Part shown: positions 42,005 to 53,153 of the stretch, piece after piece
How positions within the stretch are numbered: position 1 is the first letter of the stretch
Layout: each line of letters starts with the position of its first letter
Assembly (NCBI GenBank): GCA_035711805.1
Contig: DASTBV010000055.1
Span: 380-64,379 of the forward strand
Length of the DNA: 64,000 nt
Reading direction: 5' to 3'
DNA from: Vicinamibacterales bacterium
GTDB lineage: Bacteria > Acidobacteriota > Vicinamibacteria > Vicinamibacterales > UBA2999
Position numbers and translations under genes: made by a program
The notes under the pieces: generated by a model
Databases searched by the model: none
The model's input: only the letters and a program-made list of their open reading frames with translations
Told to the model about the DNA's origin: nothing

Positions 42005-44689
42005 ATGGTTCTTGCGTCGGGCACCCGCGTCGGCCCATACGAGGTCGTCTCACCGCTTGGCGCCGGCGGCATGGGCGAGGTGTACCGCGCGCGGGACACG
42101 AAACTCCACCGCGAGGTCGCCGTCAAGGTCCTGCCGGAGCATCTCGCCACCGATCGCGACCGGCTTGCCAGATTCGAGCGCGAAGCGCAGGTTCTCGCCG
42201 CGCTCAATCATCCGCACATCGCCCAGATCTACGGCTTCGAAGAATCCGCGAATACGCGCGCGCTCATCCTCGAGCTCGTGGAGGGCGATACCCTGGCGGA
42301 GCGGATTTCGCGCGGTCCGCTGCCGCTCGACGAGGCGGTGCCGATCGCAGGCCAGATCGCGGAGGCGCTCGAGGCCGCGCACGATCAGGGGATCATCCAT
42401 CGCGATCTGAAGCCGGCGAACATCAAGATCACCACTGCGGGCGCCGTGAAGGTGCTCGACTTCGGTCTTGCCAAGCTTGCGGACCGCGCGTCCGGATCGA
42501 CCGCGCACTCATCTCACACCATCTCGCCGACGCTGACGTCACCGGTGATGACGGGCGTGGGCACCATTCTCGGGACGGCCGCATACATGGCACCGGAGCA
42601 GGCAAAAGGACGGCCTGCCGACAAGCGCAGCGATATGTGGGCGTTTGGCTGCGTGCTTTACGAGATGCTGACCGGCACGCGTCCCTTCGAGGGCGGCGAC
42701 ATCGCCGACACCATGGCGGCAGTGCTGCGCGCGGAACCGGACTGGGCGAAGCTTCCTGCCGCGTTGCCGCCGGCTCTGCGCGCGTTCATCCAGCGGTGTC
42801 TCGAAAAGGAACGGGGAAAGCGCGTCGTCGACGCCGGCGCGGCGTTGTTCGTCCTGAACGACCTGACGGCGCCCGTTTCAACTGCGGCACCAAGGGCGAC
42901 GCGATTGCCACGATCGGGCGTCTGGATGATCGGCGGCGCGGCCGCCGTGCTCCTTGCCGCAGTCCTGGCAGCCGCGGGCACGTGGTTCGCCAGGCGGCCG
43001 GATCCGCCGCGGGTCGTTCGATTCGATGTCACGCCGCCGCCGGATGCGGCGCTGACCGTCGGCCCCGCCGGTGTCAACCTCGTGATTTCCCCGGAGGGCA
43101 CGCGCATCGTCTATCACGCGAGGCACGGAAGCGCGAACGCGCTCGACATCCGCAGCCTGGATACGGGAGAGAGCGTCGCGCTCGCGCAGACGGAGGGTGC
43201 GACCCATGCGTCGTTTTCGCCGGATGGCTCGCATATCGCCTTCTTCAAATCAGGGAAACTGTACAAGCTCGCTATCGAGGCGCGTGTCCTGACGGCGCTC
43301 GCCGACGTATCCGATGGCAGCGGGATCAGTTGGGGACACGCCGACACGATTCTGTATACGCGCCCGGGCCCGAAGGGCGGCCTGTTTCGGATCGCAGCCG
43401 GCGGTGGTGCTCCGGCCCTGGTCGCGGCACCCGATACCAAGACCGGAGAACAGGACTATCTGTCTCCTGAACTCCTCCCGGACGGTGCCACCGCGGTCTT
43501 TGTCGTTCGAATCGCGACGAACGACAATTCCCGTCTCGCCATTGCCGCTCGCGCGCTGGCGTCGGGCGAACACAAGATCGTCGTCGACAGTGGGGTCTCT
43601 CCCCGCTATGTGCGCGATGGATATCTCCTCTACGTTCAGGGGAGTGTGCTGACCGGCGTCCGCTTCGATTCCGCGCAACTCGCAACCGCTGGACCGGCCG
43701 TGCCTCTACTGAACGGAATCATTACCAAGGCCTCGATTGCGAACTTCGGCGTCAGCCGCGATGGGACCCTTACGTATATTCCGGGAAGCACGGTTAATTA
43801 CGTCAGCCGCTTTATTTGGAGGGGCCGCGACGGGAAGCTGCTTGCGCGGGTCAGTCCGGCGGAGCTCGAGTACCCGAGATACCCGCGTATTTCACCGGAT
43901 GGCCGCCGTTTCGCGGCCACTATCGGCCCGGCGCAGGAAGGCCACGTCTGGATTTATGACATGGCAGGCGCGGCGCAGCCGTACAAGATCACGTTCAACG
44001 CTCACAACACGTTCCCGACGTGGTCGCCGGACGCGTCCCGCATTGCGTTCTCGACCACACGCGACGGTCCGACGCGAAACCTGTTCACCGTCGTCGCGGA
44101 TGGCAGCGCCGTCGAGCCGAGCCGCCTCGTCGCGAACGACCGCGACAAGACCAACTTCGACTGGTCGCGGGAGGGAGTCGTGATGTATCAGGCGCTCGGC
44201 GACGCGACGCGATCGGACCTCTGGATCCATCCCGTCACGGCCGGCGGAAAAAGCACGCCATGGCTGCAGACGCCGTTCGCGGAAATCAATCCCGCCTTTT
44301 CGCCGGACGGGAAGTGGGTCGCGTTCGTGGCCGACACGACAGGCCCGGACGAAATCTGGGTGCGCCCGTTCCCGGGACCCGGCTCGCCGGTCCGCGTGTC
44401 GTCGGCGGGCGGTCACGACCCTGTCTGGGCACGCGACGGCAAGGAGCTCTTCTACCAGGAAGGGACGAAGCTGATGGCGGCGGCGCTGTTATCGATCGCG
44501 CCGATGCGCTTCGAGGCGCCGCGCGTGCTGTTCGAAGGCGGGTTCGTCCCGTGGGAGCCGAATACCCCGCGCACCTACGACGTTGCCGCCGACGGACGGT
44601 TTCTGATGATCGAACCGTCTACGACCAACTCGCAGCGCTTCAATGTCGTCCTGAACTGGGTCGAAGAGTTGAAGCGGCTCGTTCCCTGA
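42005..44689 (+). CDS. Ser/Thr protein kinase with TM segment and TolB-like beta-propeller C-terminus
   Basis: Motifs [18 protein letters not shown] and DFGLAK. Repeated FSPDG / ISPDG / WSPDA / FSPDG blades. Confidence 0.9.
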   Translation: MVLASGTRVGPYEVVSPLGAGGMGEVYRARDTKLHREVAVKVLPEHLATDRDRLARFEREAQVLAALNHPHIAQIYGFEESANTRALILELVEGDTLAERISRGPLPLDEAVPIAGQIAEALEAAHDQGIIHRDLKPANIKITTAGAVKVLDFGLAKLADRASGSTAHSSHTISPTLTSPVMTGVGTILGTAAYMAPEQAKGRPADKRSDMWAFGCVLYEMLTGTRPFEGGDIADTMAAVLRAEPDWAKLPAALPPALRAFIQRCLEKERGKRVVDAGAALFVLNDLTAPVSTAAPRATRLPRSGVWMIGGAAAVLLAAVLAAAGTWFARRPDPPRVVRFDVTPPPDAALTVGPAGVNLVISPEGTRIVYHARHGSANALDIRSLDTGESVALAQTEGATHASFSPDGSHIAFFKSGKLYKLAIEARVLTALADVSDGSGISWGHADTILYTRPGPKGGLFRIAAGGGAPALVAAPDTKTGEQDYLSPELLPDGATAVFVVRIATNDNSRLAIAARALASGEHKIVVDSGVSPRYVRDGYLLYVQGSVLTGVRFDSAQLATAGPAVPLLNGIITKASIANFGVSRDGTLTYIPGSTVNYVSRFIWRGRDGKLLARVSPAELEYPRYPRISPDGRRFAATIGPAQEGHVWIYDMAGAAQPYKITFNAHNTFPTWSPDASRIAFSTTRDGPTRNLFTVVADGSAVEPSRLVANDRDKTNFDWSREGVVMYQALGDATRSDLWIHPVTAGGKSTPWLQTPFAEINPAFSPDGKWVAFVADTTGPDEIWVRPFPGPGSPVRVSSAGGHDPVWARDGKELFYQEGTKLMAAALLSIAPMRFEAPRVLFEGGFVPWEPNTPRTYDVAADGRFLMIEPSTTNSQRFNVVLNWVEELKRLVP

Positions 44690-44705
44690 ATCGTTCGAAT
44701 CGTTC

Positions 44706-45437
44706 TCAATACAAACGTTCGGCGGCGGCCCGATCGACGAACCATTCCACCCGGTCGCCGGCGCTCCGGAGCAGCTGCGCGGGATACTTCTTGACGTCCA
44801 GCGGTGCATCGAGCGCGGCGCGAACCGCGTCTGCTTTTCCCGTCCCGGCGACGAGGACGACGATCGCGCGCGAGTCCAGGATCGCATCGGGCGTCAAGGT
44901 GATACGCCACGCCGACAGGTGGGGTGCCCATATCGCGGCCACGCGGCGTACCGTCGGAGGGCGCTCGAGGGGCGACTCGAGGAGTTCGCTGCCGGGAAAG
45001 ATTGAAGCGATGTGGCCGTCGCCGCCAACGCCGAGAAGCATCAGATCAAAAGGATCGTTCAACGTGCGCTCGTAGTCGGCGGCGGCTTCGTGCGCGTCGG
45101 GGAGTTCTCCGCGCATCCGGTGCACGTGCTCGGCCGGAATCGAAACGTGGTCGAGCAGCGTGACTTTCGCCATCCGGTAGTTGCTGTCGGCATCGTCCGG
45201 AGGCACGTGCCGCTCGTCGCCCCAGAACAGCTGTACCTGCGTCCAGGGGATGCGGTTGCGCCATGGTTGCCGCGAATCCGCGAGCGTTGAATACAACAGG
45301 CGGGGCGTCGTCCCTCCGGTCAGCGAGACGATCGCGCTTCCGCGTGCCGCGGCGGCATCAGCGATCAGCTGTGCGATGCGTTCGGCGGCGCGCGACGCGA
45401 GGTCGACCTCGTCGTCCGCAACCGTCAGCCGCGCCAT
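44706..45437 (-). CDS. pgl: 6-phosphogluconolactonase
   Basis: Motifs LTGGTTP and LFWGDERHVPPDDADSNY. Confidence 0.9.
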   Translation of the reverse strand: MARLTVADDEVDLASRAAERIAQLIADAAAARGSAIVSLTGGTTPRLLYSTLADSRQPWRNRIPWTQVQLFWGDERHVPPDDADSNYRMAKVTLLDHVSIPAEHVHRMRGELPDAHEAAADYERTLNDPFDLMLLGVGGDGHIASIFPGSELLESPLERPPTVRRVAAIWAPHLSAWRITLTPDAILDSRAIVVLVAGTGKADAVRAALDAPLDVKKYPAQLLRSAGDRVEWFVDRAAAERLY

Positions 45438-46912
45438 TGCCGGCCGTCGCGTTCGACGAGCAGGTCCGCCTCGGGCGGGCCCATGGTTCCGGCGCCATAT
45501 TCGGGCACCGCTTCACGTCGTAGGGGCCGGCCCTCAGGTCGGCCCTTTGTGTCATGCGCCCAGCGGCGCAGGATCGGTGCGATCACCTCCCATCCCGCTT
45601 CGACCATGTCCATGCGGTGGAACAGCGTCTGGTCTCCGGTCATCGCGTCGAACAGGAGCGTCTCGTACCCCGTCGAGGCTTCCTGCCTGAAGTGCTTCGC
45701 GTAACTGAAGTCCATCGTCACGGTTTCGAGCCGCTCGAGCGGTCCCGGCACCTTGGCATCGAAGGACAGCGAGATGCCCTCGTCCGGCTGGATGCGCAGC
45801 TCCAGGACATTTGGATTCAGGCACTCAACCGGCGTATCGCGAAACAGCATGAACGGAGCCCGCTTGAAGTGCACGGCAACGTGAGTGTCCCGGCGCGCGA
45901 GCTTCTTGCCGGTTCTCAGATAGAACGGCACTCCGGCCCAGCGCCAGTTATCCACCTGGAGGCGCATCCCGACGAACGTTTCGGTGCGCGACTCGGGATC
46001 GACATTCGGTTCACGCCGATAACCCTCGTACTGGCCTCGCACAACGTTGTGGGCGACCGCGTCATCCGCCAGCGGGGGGACAGCGTGCAGAACTTTGACT
46101 TTCTCGTCGCGCACGGCCTCTGAACCAAACGAAATCGGAGGCTCCATCGCGACCAGCGTCAGCAGCTGGAACATATGATTCTGGACAATGTCGCGGAGCG
46201 CGCCGGCCTTGTCGTAGTACGCGCCTCTCGACCCGATCCCCTCGTTCTCGGCAACCGTCATCTGCACGTGATCGACGTAACGACGGTTCCAGATCGGCTC
46301 GAAGATGCCGTTGGCGAACCGGAACGCGAGGATGTTCTGGACGGTCTCCTTGCCGAGGTAGTGATCGATTCGGTAGATCTGCGACTCGCGGAACCCTGCG
46401 ATCAGTCGTGCGTTGAGCGATCGTGCCGATTCCAGGTCGTACCCGAACGGCTTCTCGACGATGACGCGCCGCCAGCCGTCGTGCTCCTTCGCCAGCCCCG
46501 ATGCCGCCAGACGATCCGCGACCGTGGCGAAGAGATCCGGCGGGACAGCGAGATAGAAAAGATAGTTCGGCGGGATGGAGTGGCGGGACCCGAGCTCCTG
46601 CAGCGTCGCGGCGAGACCCTCATACAGCCGCTCGTCGTGGAACTCGCCCGACACGTACTGCAGGCGTTCTTCGATGCGCCTCCATTTGTCCAGGTCGAGC
46701 GGCTCGCCTTCCGCGTTCGCGACGCGTTCACGCATCTGCCCGCGGTAGGCGTCGAAATGGATCCGCGGCCGCGCGACGCCGACAATGGCGAACCGCTCTG
46801 GTAAATGGCCAGCCTCCGCCAGGTTGTAGATCGCGGGCAGCAGCTTGCGGCGAGTCAGATCGCCGGACGCGCCGAAAATGACCAGGATGCAGTCGTCAGC
46901 GCGGCTCGGCAT
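45425..46912 (-). CDS. zwf: glucose-6-phosphate dehydrogenase
   Basis: Motifs [13 protein letters not shown] and RIDHYLGKE. Confidence 0.95.
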   Translation of the reverse strand: MPSRADDCILVIFGASGDLTRRKLLPAIYNLAEAGHLPERFAIVGVARPRIHFDAYRGQMRERVANAEGEPLDLDKWRRIEERLQYVSGEFHDERLYEGLAATLQELGSRHSIPPNYLFYLAVPPDLFATVADRLAASGLAKEHDGWRRVIVEKPFGYDLESARSLNARLIAGFRESQIYRIDHYLGKETVQNILAFRFANGIFEPIWNRRYVDHVQMTVAENEGIGSRGAYYDKAGALRDIVQNHMFQLLTLVAMEPPISFGSEAVRDEKVKVLHAVPPLADDAVAHNVVRGQYEGYRREPNVDPESRTETFVGMRLQVDNWRWAGVPFYLRTGKKLARRDTHVAVHFKRAPFMLFRDTPVECLNPNVLELRIQPDEGISLSFDAKVPGPLERLETVTMDFSYAKHFRQEASTGYETLLFDAMTGDQTLFHRMDMVEAGWEVIAPILRRWAHDTKGRPEGRPLRREAVPEYGAGTMGPPEADLLVERDGRQWRG

Positions 46913-47819
46913 GACCGCCGAATTGGGCGCGGAGCGCCGACAGCAGCTTCTCGGCGAAGGTGTGATCGCGCCGTGAGCGGAACCGTGTGAACAACGCGGT
47001 GGTCAGCACGTTCGCCGGCACGTCTTCCTCGATGGCGGCGGCGACGGTCCAGCGGCCCTCGCCGGAATCACCAACGGTTCCGGTGAATCCTTCGAGGCGT
47101 GGATCCTTCCGCAAAGCGATCGCCGCCAGATCGAGCAGCCACGAGCTGACCACGCTCCCGTGACGCCACACCTCGGCAATCGCTGCCAGGTCGAAGGTAT
47201 AGCGGTGGTCGGCGGGCAGCGCCGGACTGTCCGCATTCCGAAGGATGTCGAAGCCCTCCGCGTACGACTGCATCAGCCCGTACTCGATGCCGTTGTGGAT
47301 CATCTTGACGAAGTGGCCGGCGCCCGACGGGCCGCAGTGCAGGTACCCCTCGCGCGTCGGCGCGAGCGCCTCGAACACTGGTGTCAGGCGATCCACGGCC
47401 TGGGGTGTGCCGCCAATCATCAGGCAGTAGCCACGCTCCGCACCCCACACACCGCCGGAGGTGCCAACATCGACGTAGTCGATCCCCTGTGCGGCAAGCA
47501 TCCGGGCCCGCCGGACGTCGTCCTTGAAATGCGTGTTGCCGCCGTCGATGACCACGTCGCCCGCGGACAGGAGGGATCCGAGTGAGCTGACGGTTTCTTC
47601 CGTCGGCGCACCGGCAGGAACCATGATCCACACGGCGCGGGGTGCCTGCAGCTGTGTGACGAGATCGTTCACCGACGACGACCCTGCGACGCCTCCCGTG
47701 GCCGCGCGCCGCACGGCGTCAACGCTGCGATCCCACGCCACCACCGTATGGCCCGCTTCAGCCAGACGACGGGTCATGCTGCCACCCATCCGGCCGAGAC
47801 CGATGAAGCCGATCTGCAT
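46896..47819 (-). CDS. gnd: 6-phosphogluconate dehydrogenase (decarboxylating, short form)
   Basis: Motif [15 protein letters not shown]. Length 307 aa. Confidence 0.9.
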   Translation of the reverse strand: MQIGFIGLGRMGGSMTRRLAEAGHTVVAWDRSVDAVRRAATGGVAGSSSVNDLVTQLQAPRAVWIMVPAGAPTEETVSSLGSLLSAGDVVIDGGNTHFKDDVRRARMLAAQGIDYVDVGTSGGVWGAERGYCLMIGGTPQAVDRLTPVFEALAPTREGYLHCGPSGAGHFVKMIHNGIEYGLMQSYAEGFDILRNADSPALPADHRYTFDLAAIAEVWRHGSVVSSWLLDLAAIALRKDPRLEGFTGTVGDSGEGRWTVAAAIEEDVPANVLTTALFTRFRSRRDHTFAEKLLSALRAQFGGHAEPR

Positions 47820-49009
47820 CAGGCCCGTCCTGGCGAGAGCAGCGATTCGAGCTCTTCGGGATGTGCCGCGCGCAGCTGCGCGTCCGCACGTTCCAGTGTG
47901 CCGTGTCTCACGAGCCGCGCGAGCGACTCCTCGAACGAGAAGGAGCCGCTCTTGCGCGTAATCGTGATCTCCTGATTGAGGTGCTGCAGCGCGTTCTTGC
48001 GCACGTGCTGCCGCGCGCCGTAGCTCACCATCAGCAGCTCCGCGACCGGCACGACCCCGCCGGTCTTTGCCGGCACGAGCGTCTGCGTGAGGATGGCCGC
48101 GAGCGCCATCGACAGTTCCTGCCGTACCGCGTTCTGGCGCTCGGTCGGAAACGCGTCGGCGATGCGCGAGATGGCCGCGGACACGTCGGTCGTATGGACC
48201 GTGGCGAATACGAGGTGGCCTGTTTCAGCCGCCGAGAGCGCGATCCGCATCGTCTCGGGGTCACGCATCTCGCCGACGACGATGACGTCGGGAGCCTGGC
48301 GGACGGCAGAGCGGAGCGCAGAAGGGAAGTCGGGGGCATCGATGCCGATTTCCACCTGTTCGATGAGACTCCGGCCGTGCGGATGCTCGTACTCGATGGG
48401 ATCCTCGACGGTGATGATGTGCCGCTCATCCCGCTCGTTGATGGCCGAGACCAGCGCTGCCAGCGTGGTCGTCTTGCCGGATCCGGTTGGTCCGCCGATC
48501 AGCACGAGACCCCGCGGCAGCGCGGCGAGCAGGCTGATGTCGTGGGAGAAGTGCAGATCGGCGAGCCGCGGAATCTTCCGCGGCAGCGCGCGGATCGATG
48601 CGGCGGTTCGGCCACGCTCGCGGTGGAGGTTCATTCTGAAGCGGCCCAGCCCGGGCCGGGTGAATGCCAGATCGACCGCATGACCGGCGCCGAACCGCTG
48701 CAGCAGCCGCGGTCCAGCGGCGGGGCGTACGGCGTTTTCGATGTCCTCGCTGCCGAGCGGCTCGGTGGAAATACGGAGCAGCCGGCCGGGGGCACGCACG
48801 ATCGGCGGCGAGCCCGAGACGAGCAGCAGGTCGCTGCCGCCGTCCTCGTTGCGCACGCGCTCGAGCCACGAATCGAGACGCGCGAAATCAGTATCGACGA
48901 ATGAGCGATCGGAGGGCACCGCGTTAGCGGTGCCGTCCGTCGGATCGAGCAGATTGAGCTCGGTGACAAGACGATCGAGATCGTTGAACCGCTCGTCGAA
49001 GCCGCTCAC
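47819..49009 (-). CDS. PilT-family hexameric ATPase (twitching-motility-type) embedded in the pentose-phosphate operon
   Basis: GTG at 49009 overlaps the rpiB stop (GTGA). Walker [10 protein letters not shown], Asp box ITVEDPIE, Walker [11 protein letters not shown], His box [10 protein letters not shown]. Confidence 0.85.
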   Translation of the reverse strand: MSGFDERFNDLDRLVTELNLLDPTDGTANAVPSDRSFVDTDFARLDSWLERVRNEDGGSDLLLVSGSPPIVRAPGRLLRISTEPLGSEDIENAVRPAAGPRLLQRFGAGHAVDLAFTRPGLGRFRMNLHRERGRTAASIRALPRKIPRLADLHFSHDISLLAALPRGLVLIGGPTGSGKTTTLAALVSAINERDERHIITVEDPIEYEHPHGRSLIEQVEIGIDAPDFPSALRSAVRQAPDVIVVGEMRDPETMRIALSAAETGHLVFATVHTTDVSAAISRIADAFPTERQNAVRQELSMALAAILTQTLVPAKTGGVVPVAELLMVSYGARQHVRKNALQHLNQEITITRKSGSFSFEESLARLVRHGTLERADAQLRAAHPEELESLLSPGRA

Positions 49010-49473
49010 CGCGGCACGCTCCCGCCGGTGAAGCGCTCTTCGATCCGTGTCACCTTGTCGAGCCGGCGCTGAAACCGTTCCTCGCCCGCGTAGCGGGCGC
49101 CGAGAAACGCGCTGACGAGGTCGAGGGCCAGCGCGCCGCCGATGACCCGCGCGCCGAGGCACAACACGTTCATGTCGTCGTGCTCGACGGCCTGGTGCGC
49201 CGTGTAGGTGTCGTGGCAGACCGCCGCGCGGATACCGGGGAACTTGTTCGCGGCAATCGACACACCCGCGCCGCTGCCGCAGACGATGATCCCGCGTTCC
49301 GCTTGTCCGTCCCGGATGGCGGCGGCTACTGCCTCCGCGGAGTCGGGGTAGTCCACGGGTGCCGGCGAATCGGTGCCGAGGTCCAGGACGTCGTGTCCCT
49401 GAGCGGACAGCTTGGCTTTGACCTCGTTCTTCAGAAGGTAACCGGCATGATCGGCCGCCAGGGCAATGCGCAT
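49006..49473 (-). CDS. rpiB: ribose-5-phosphate isomerase B
   Basis: Motifs MRIALAADHAGY and IVCGSGAGVSIAANK. Confidence 0.92.
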   Translation of the reverse strand: MRIALAADHAGYLLKNEVKAKLSAQGHDVLDLGTDSPAPVDYPDSAEAVAAAIRDGQAERGIIVCGSGAGVSIAANKFPGIRAAVCHDTYTAHQAVEHDDMNVLCLGARVIGGALALDLVSAFLGARYAGEERFQRRLDKVTRIEERFTGGSVPR

Positions 49474-49487
49474 GGGGGTAATAGGTT

Positions 49488-49726
49488 ACAGGGATCAGGG
49501 ATCAGGGATCAGGGATCGGGGATCGGGATGGGGGACCGCGGGATCGGATGGGGGACCGCGGGATCGGATGGGAGACCGGGGATTGGGGGAATCGGTTATG
49601 AATCTGAAACGACCAAACCGGGCGACGTATCGTCGAAAACTGCGAAAGGCTGGCAGGACCCGGTTCCATCCCGATCCCTGGTCCCGGATCCCTGGTCCCG
49701 GATCCCTGGTCCCGGATCCCTGTCAG
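49488..49726. repeat. about 240-bp compound inverted repeat built of GGGATCA-type units
   Basis: Left arm: (CAGGGAT) x4, CGGGGAT, CGGGAT, then (GGGGGACCGCGGGATCGGAT) x2. Right arm: (CCCTGGTCCCGGAT) x3, ending CCCTGTCAG. About 65-nt central loop. Confidence 0.85.
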
Positions 49727-49727
49727 T

Positions 49728-49733
49728 TATAAT
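49728..49733 (+). promoter_or_regulatory. perfect TATAAT box 6 nt upstream of the ATG at 49740
   Basis: GTTATAATTTGCCCATG. No room for an SD sequence; suggests a leaderless transcript. Confidence 0.4.
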
Positions 49734-49739
49734 TTGCCC

Positions 49740-51044
49740 ATGCGTACAGCAGCTAAGTTCTTGACAGCAGGCGCGTTCGCGCTGCTGCTCGCACTCGGCG
49801 CCCCGCCGGCGCCCAACACCATTCACGCGCAGGCCGGCGCTCAGGCGCCCGCTCCGAACCAGCCGCCCACGTTCCGTGCGTCGGTCGACCTCATCACGAC
49901 CGACATGATCGCGCGCGATTCGCGGACCGAGCAGTTCATCGCCGACCTCAAGCCGCACGAGATCGAGATCCTCGAGGACGGCGTCAAGCAGGAAATCGTG
50001 TCGTTCGTGCTGACGCACGGCGGACGCGTGTTCAACACCCTCGCGCCTCCGCCGGCTCCGGTCCAGGAAGGCATCATCCTGCCGCAGCGCCGGCCGACCA
50101 ACGACGCCGCCGGACGCATCTTCCTGATCTTCATCGACGACTTCCACCTGCAGTTCCGCGAGACCCCGCGGACCCGCGAGCTGATCAAGAAGATGCTTCG
50201 CCTTCTCATTCACGAAGGCGACATGTTCGGCATCGTCAGCACCGGCCACTCGTCGATCTCCGAGCAGCTGACCTACGACCGTCAGGTGCTCGAGTCGTCG
50301 ATCGAGCGCATTACCGGCGGCGGGCTGACCCCGAAGGACATCATGCAGGGGATGGCGACGTCGCAGGGTCCGGCCGAGCTCCGCCATCGCGCCCACGTGG
50401 CGTTCTCGACCGCCTACGACCTGATGCGCAACCTGGAGAAGGTGCAGAATCGCCGCAAGGCCGTCATCTACATCAGCAGCGGCTACGACTTCGATCCGTT
50501 CGTCGAAGGCCGGCTCGAGGAGCAGGCGCGGCGCATGGGGATCGACAGCTCGTCGGATGAGGGCGGCGGACTGGGTTCGGCAGCGGACCGGCTGCGCGAA
50601 GATCCGACATATCGGGACCAGCGCTCGAGCCAGCAGCTGGCCGCCACGGATCTGATCCGGGAAGTGTACGACCTGACGAAAGCCGCCAATCGCGCCAACG
50701 CGACGCTGTACACCATCGATCCGCGCGGCCTGATTGCCGGTCCCGACATCGATCAGGAAGTGAACATGACCGACTGGAACGCCTACGTGCGCGAGACGCA
50801 GGACAGCCTGCGCATGCTGGCGGAACAGACCGGCGGCATCGCCATCGTCAACCAGAACGACTTCGACAAGGGGCTCAAGCGGATCGACAACGAGACCAGC
50901 GATTACTACGTGCTGGGCTACTACTCGAGCAACCCCGACCCGACGCGCCGCACGCGCAAGATCGAGGTGCGCACAACGCGGCAGGGTGTGGCCCTCAAGG
51001 CCCGCGAGAGCTACTCGCTGCGTCCGACGAATCTCCGCCGCTGA
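49740..51044 (+). CDS. VWFA-related acidobacterial-domain protein (TIGR03436-type)
   Basis: Signal peptide. Motifs FRASVDLITTDMIARD and IEILEDGVKQEIVSF. VWA-like core IFLIFIDD. Confidence 0.8.
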   Translation: MRTAAKFLTAGAFALLLALGAPPAPNTIHAQAGAQAPAPNQPPTFRASVDLITTDMIARDSRTEQFIADLKPHEIEILEDGVKQEIVSFVLTHGGRVFNTLAPPPAPVQEGIILPQRRPTNDAAGRIFLIFIDDFHLQFRETPRTRELIKKMLRLLIHEGDMFGIVSTGHSSISEQLTYDRQVLESSIERITGGGLTPKDIMQGMATSQGPAELRHRAHVAFSTAYDLMRNLEKVQNRRKAVIYISSGYDFDPFVEGRLEEQARRMGIDSSSDEGGGLGSAADRLREDPTYRDQRSSQQLAATDLIREVYDLTKAANRANATLYTIDPRGLIAGPDIDQEVNMTDWNAYVRETQDSLRMLAEQTGGIAIVNQNDFDKGLKRIDNETSDYYVLGYYSSNPDPTRRTRKIEVRTTRQGVALKARESYSLRPTNLRR

Positions 51045-51063
51045 CCTGCGCGGCGGAGGCCGC

Positions 51064-51975
51064 CTATTTCGCCCGCGTCGCGGCTTCGAGGCGCGGGCGA
51101 ATCGCTTCGAAAATCCTGATCACTTCCGACACGGTGCGAGGCAGCCGGCTCATCTTCGGATAGAGCCAGCCTGTCTGCCGCACGAGCGAGTGCCCGGCGA
51201 TGCGGCTGCGGAACAGCTGCCCGGCCTTGACGTCGGACGCGGCTGCCTGCGACGGGATGATGCTGATGCCGAGACCGCTTCGAACCATCGCCTTGATGAT
51301 TTCGACGTTCTCGGTCTCCATGATCACGTCCGGATTGACGCCTTCGCGCGCAAAAAACTGTTCAACCAGCCGGCGGGTGATCGATCCCGTTTCGAAGAGG
51401 ACGAAATCCTGCTTGTCGAGGTCGGCGGGCGAGATCGACTTTTTCTTCGCCAGCGGATGCGCCGGATAGGTAATCAGCAGCAGCTCTTCCTGCAGCACGG
51501 GAACCGAGACGAGATCCGTGGCTTCAACCGGCAGCGTGATCATGCCCAGGTCGCCCGCGCCCGAGCGCAGCATGGCGATCGAGCGTTCGGCGCTGCCGAC
51601 GGTGACTTTCAGATCGAGGTGCGGATGCACGCGCCGCACTTCGGCGAGGAGCGTCGGGAACACGTACAGGCAGACGGTCATGCCCCCGACCAGGCGAATC
51701 GTGCCGCTCAGCGAGTCGCGTTTCTCGCTGATCGTGGATACCGTTTCCTGCAAATCCTGGAAGACGCGATGACTGAGCTGGAGGAGCGACTCGCCGGCCG
51801 GCGTGATACGGATGCGCCGCCCGATCCGGTGGAACACCGGCTCGCCGAGTTCGTCCTCGAGGAGCAGGATCTGGCGGCTGATCGCCGACTGGGAGACGTG
51901 CAGCTTCTCGCCGGCGGCCGTGAACGAGCCGGTGTCCGCAATGGCCCGGATGATCTCCAGCTGCCGCAGATCCAT
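51064..51975 (-). CDS. LysR-family transcriptional regulator
   Basis: HTH region LRQLEIIRAIADTGSFTAAGEKLHVSQSAISRQI. Length 303 aa. Confidence 0.9.
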   Translation of the reverse strand: MDLRQLEIIRAIADTGSFTAAGEKLHVSQSAISRQILLLEDELGEPVFHRIGRRIRITPAGESLLQLSHRVFQDLQETVSTISEKRDSLSGTIRLVGGMTVCLYVFPTLLAEVRRVHPHLDLKVTVGSAERSIAMLRSGAGDLGMITLPVEATDLVSVPVLQEELLLITYPAHPLAKKKSISPADLDKQDFVLFETGSITRRLVEQFFAREGVNPDVIMETENVEIIKAMVRSGLGISIIPSQAAASDVKAGQLFRSRIAGHSLVRQTGWLYPKMSRLPRTVSEVIRIFEAIRPRLEAATRAK

Positions 51976-51979
51976 GGCG

Positions 51980-52903
51980 TCAGGATACTCTGAGCGCGGC
52001 GCGCGTCCTTTCGATCGCGTCCTTCAGATACCCTTCGTCCATCTCGATCCCGACGAAACTGACCCCGAGCTGCGCGCAGGCCACCGCGGTCGATCCCAGC
52101 CCCAGAAAAGGATCGGCCACGACCTGCAGCCGCTCGAGCCCGTGCAGGCGGAGGCACATCTCGGGGAGCTTCGGCGGAAAGGTGGCCGGGTGGGGGCGAT
52201 CCTTCTCGCGGCTCTGAATGGTCTCGTAGGGGATGAACCAGGTGTTGCCACGGCATCGCACGCCCGACGCAGCCGTCCGCCAGCGTCCGACGTTGGACTG
52301 GTCCTGGTACTTCACGCCGATCGCCTGACGTTCGATGGGCGTGGTGCCCGCCGGGCTGAAGTGGAAGACGAACTCATGGCAGTCGTGCAGAAATCGCCGG
52401 CTGTTAATCGGCTTGTAGTGGCCGACCGCCAGATCGTCCGCCAGTCCCGCGCGGGTGCCGGCAAGCGCCTTCTCGATGGCGATCGACTTGATCCAGTGAA
52501 TGGTGTTCTGCAGGTGCAGGTGCGAGCGTGCCGCCTGGGCGACGTCGATCGCCGTCCACGGGTCGGTGGGCTTTGCTCCCACGTTCAGAAACAGCGAGCC
52601 GTCCGCAGACAGAGCGCGAGCGGCCCGGCCGACCCATAGGGACGTCCATTCCAGGTAGCGCTCGCGCGGAAGCGTGTCCTCGTAGGTCCGGTAACGGATG
52701 CCCAGATTGTACGGAGGTGACGTGACAATCGCGGAGATCGACCCCGCCGCGAGCCTGCCGAGCACGTCAACCGAGTCGCCCAGATAGAAGCGGAAGACCG
52801 TGCTGCCGGATTTGAAGGTTGTATGGGGGTGTGGGTAACGCGGCACCGCCGCAGATCTTATCGTGTGGGGATCAACTCCCAACTTCCAATTCCCAACTCC
52901 CAA
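51980..52903 (-). CDS. beta-class DNA methyltransferase (N4-C or N6-A), no partner endonuclease seen
   Basis: Motif IV IVTSPPYNLG precedes motif I DPFLGLGSTAVA. The true start is probably the GTG near 52846, because the first about 19 codons translate the hairpin repeat. Confidence 0.8.
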   Translation of the reverse strand: MGVGNWKLGVDPHTIRSAAVPRYPHPHTTFKSGSTVFRFYLGDSVDVLGRLAAGSISAIVTSPPYNLGIRYRTYEDTLPRERYLEWTSLWVGRAARALSADGSLFLNVGAKPTDPWTAIDVAQAARSHLHLQNTIHWIKSIAIEKALAGTRAGLADDLAVGHYKPINSRRFLHDCHEFVFHFSPAGTTPIERQAIGVKYQDQSNVGRWRTAASGVRCRGNTWFIPYETIQSREKDRPHPATFPPKLPEMCLRLHGLERLQVVADPFLGLGSTAVACAQLGVSFVGIEMDEGYLKDAIERTRAALRVS

Positions 52904-52949
52904 ACACTCCCGTCAGCTACTGGGAGTTGGAAGTTGGCAGTTGGGAGTT
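52874..52949. repeat. heptamer hairpin (AAYTYCC / GGRARTT)
   Basis: AACTCCCAACTTCCAATTCCCAACTCCCAAACACTCCC, 8-nt loop, then CTGGGAGTTGGAAGTTGGCAGTTGGGAGTT. Confidence 0.85.
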
Positions 52950-52952
52950 TCC

Positions 52953-53153
52953 TTACGAAGCGCGGGTAACGAGCGACGGGACGGCCGAAGCGGGCTCGTG
53001 AATCGTGTGGTTGCGCCGGTGGCTGTGCGCGTCGCACGCGCCGCCTTTTTCCTCGACGTAAGAGACTTCGCGGCTCGTGGCGAGCTCGCGATAGCGTCCG
53101 ATGACGCACCCGCAATTCAGCGTCCGAAATCCGAGGAGTCGAACCAGGCTCAT
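52953..53153 (-). CDS. small Cys/His-rich protein (66 aa)
   Basis: ATG at 53153 follows GGAGGG. Sequence MSLVRLLGFRTLNCGCVIGRYRELATSREVSYVEEKGGACDAHSHRRNH. Confidence 0.45.
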   Translation of the reverse strand: MSLVRLLGFRTLNCGCVIGRYRELATSREVSYVEEKGGACDAHSHRRNHTIHEPASAVPSLVTRAS

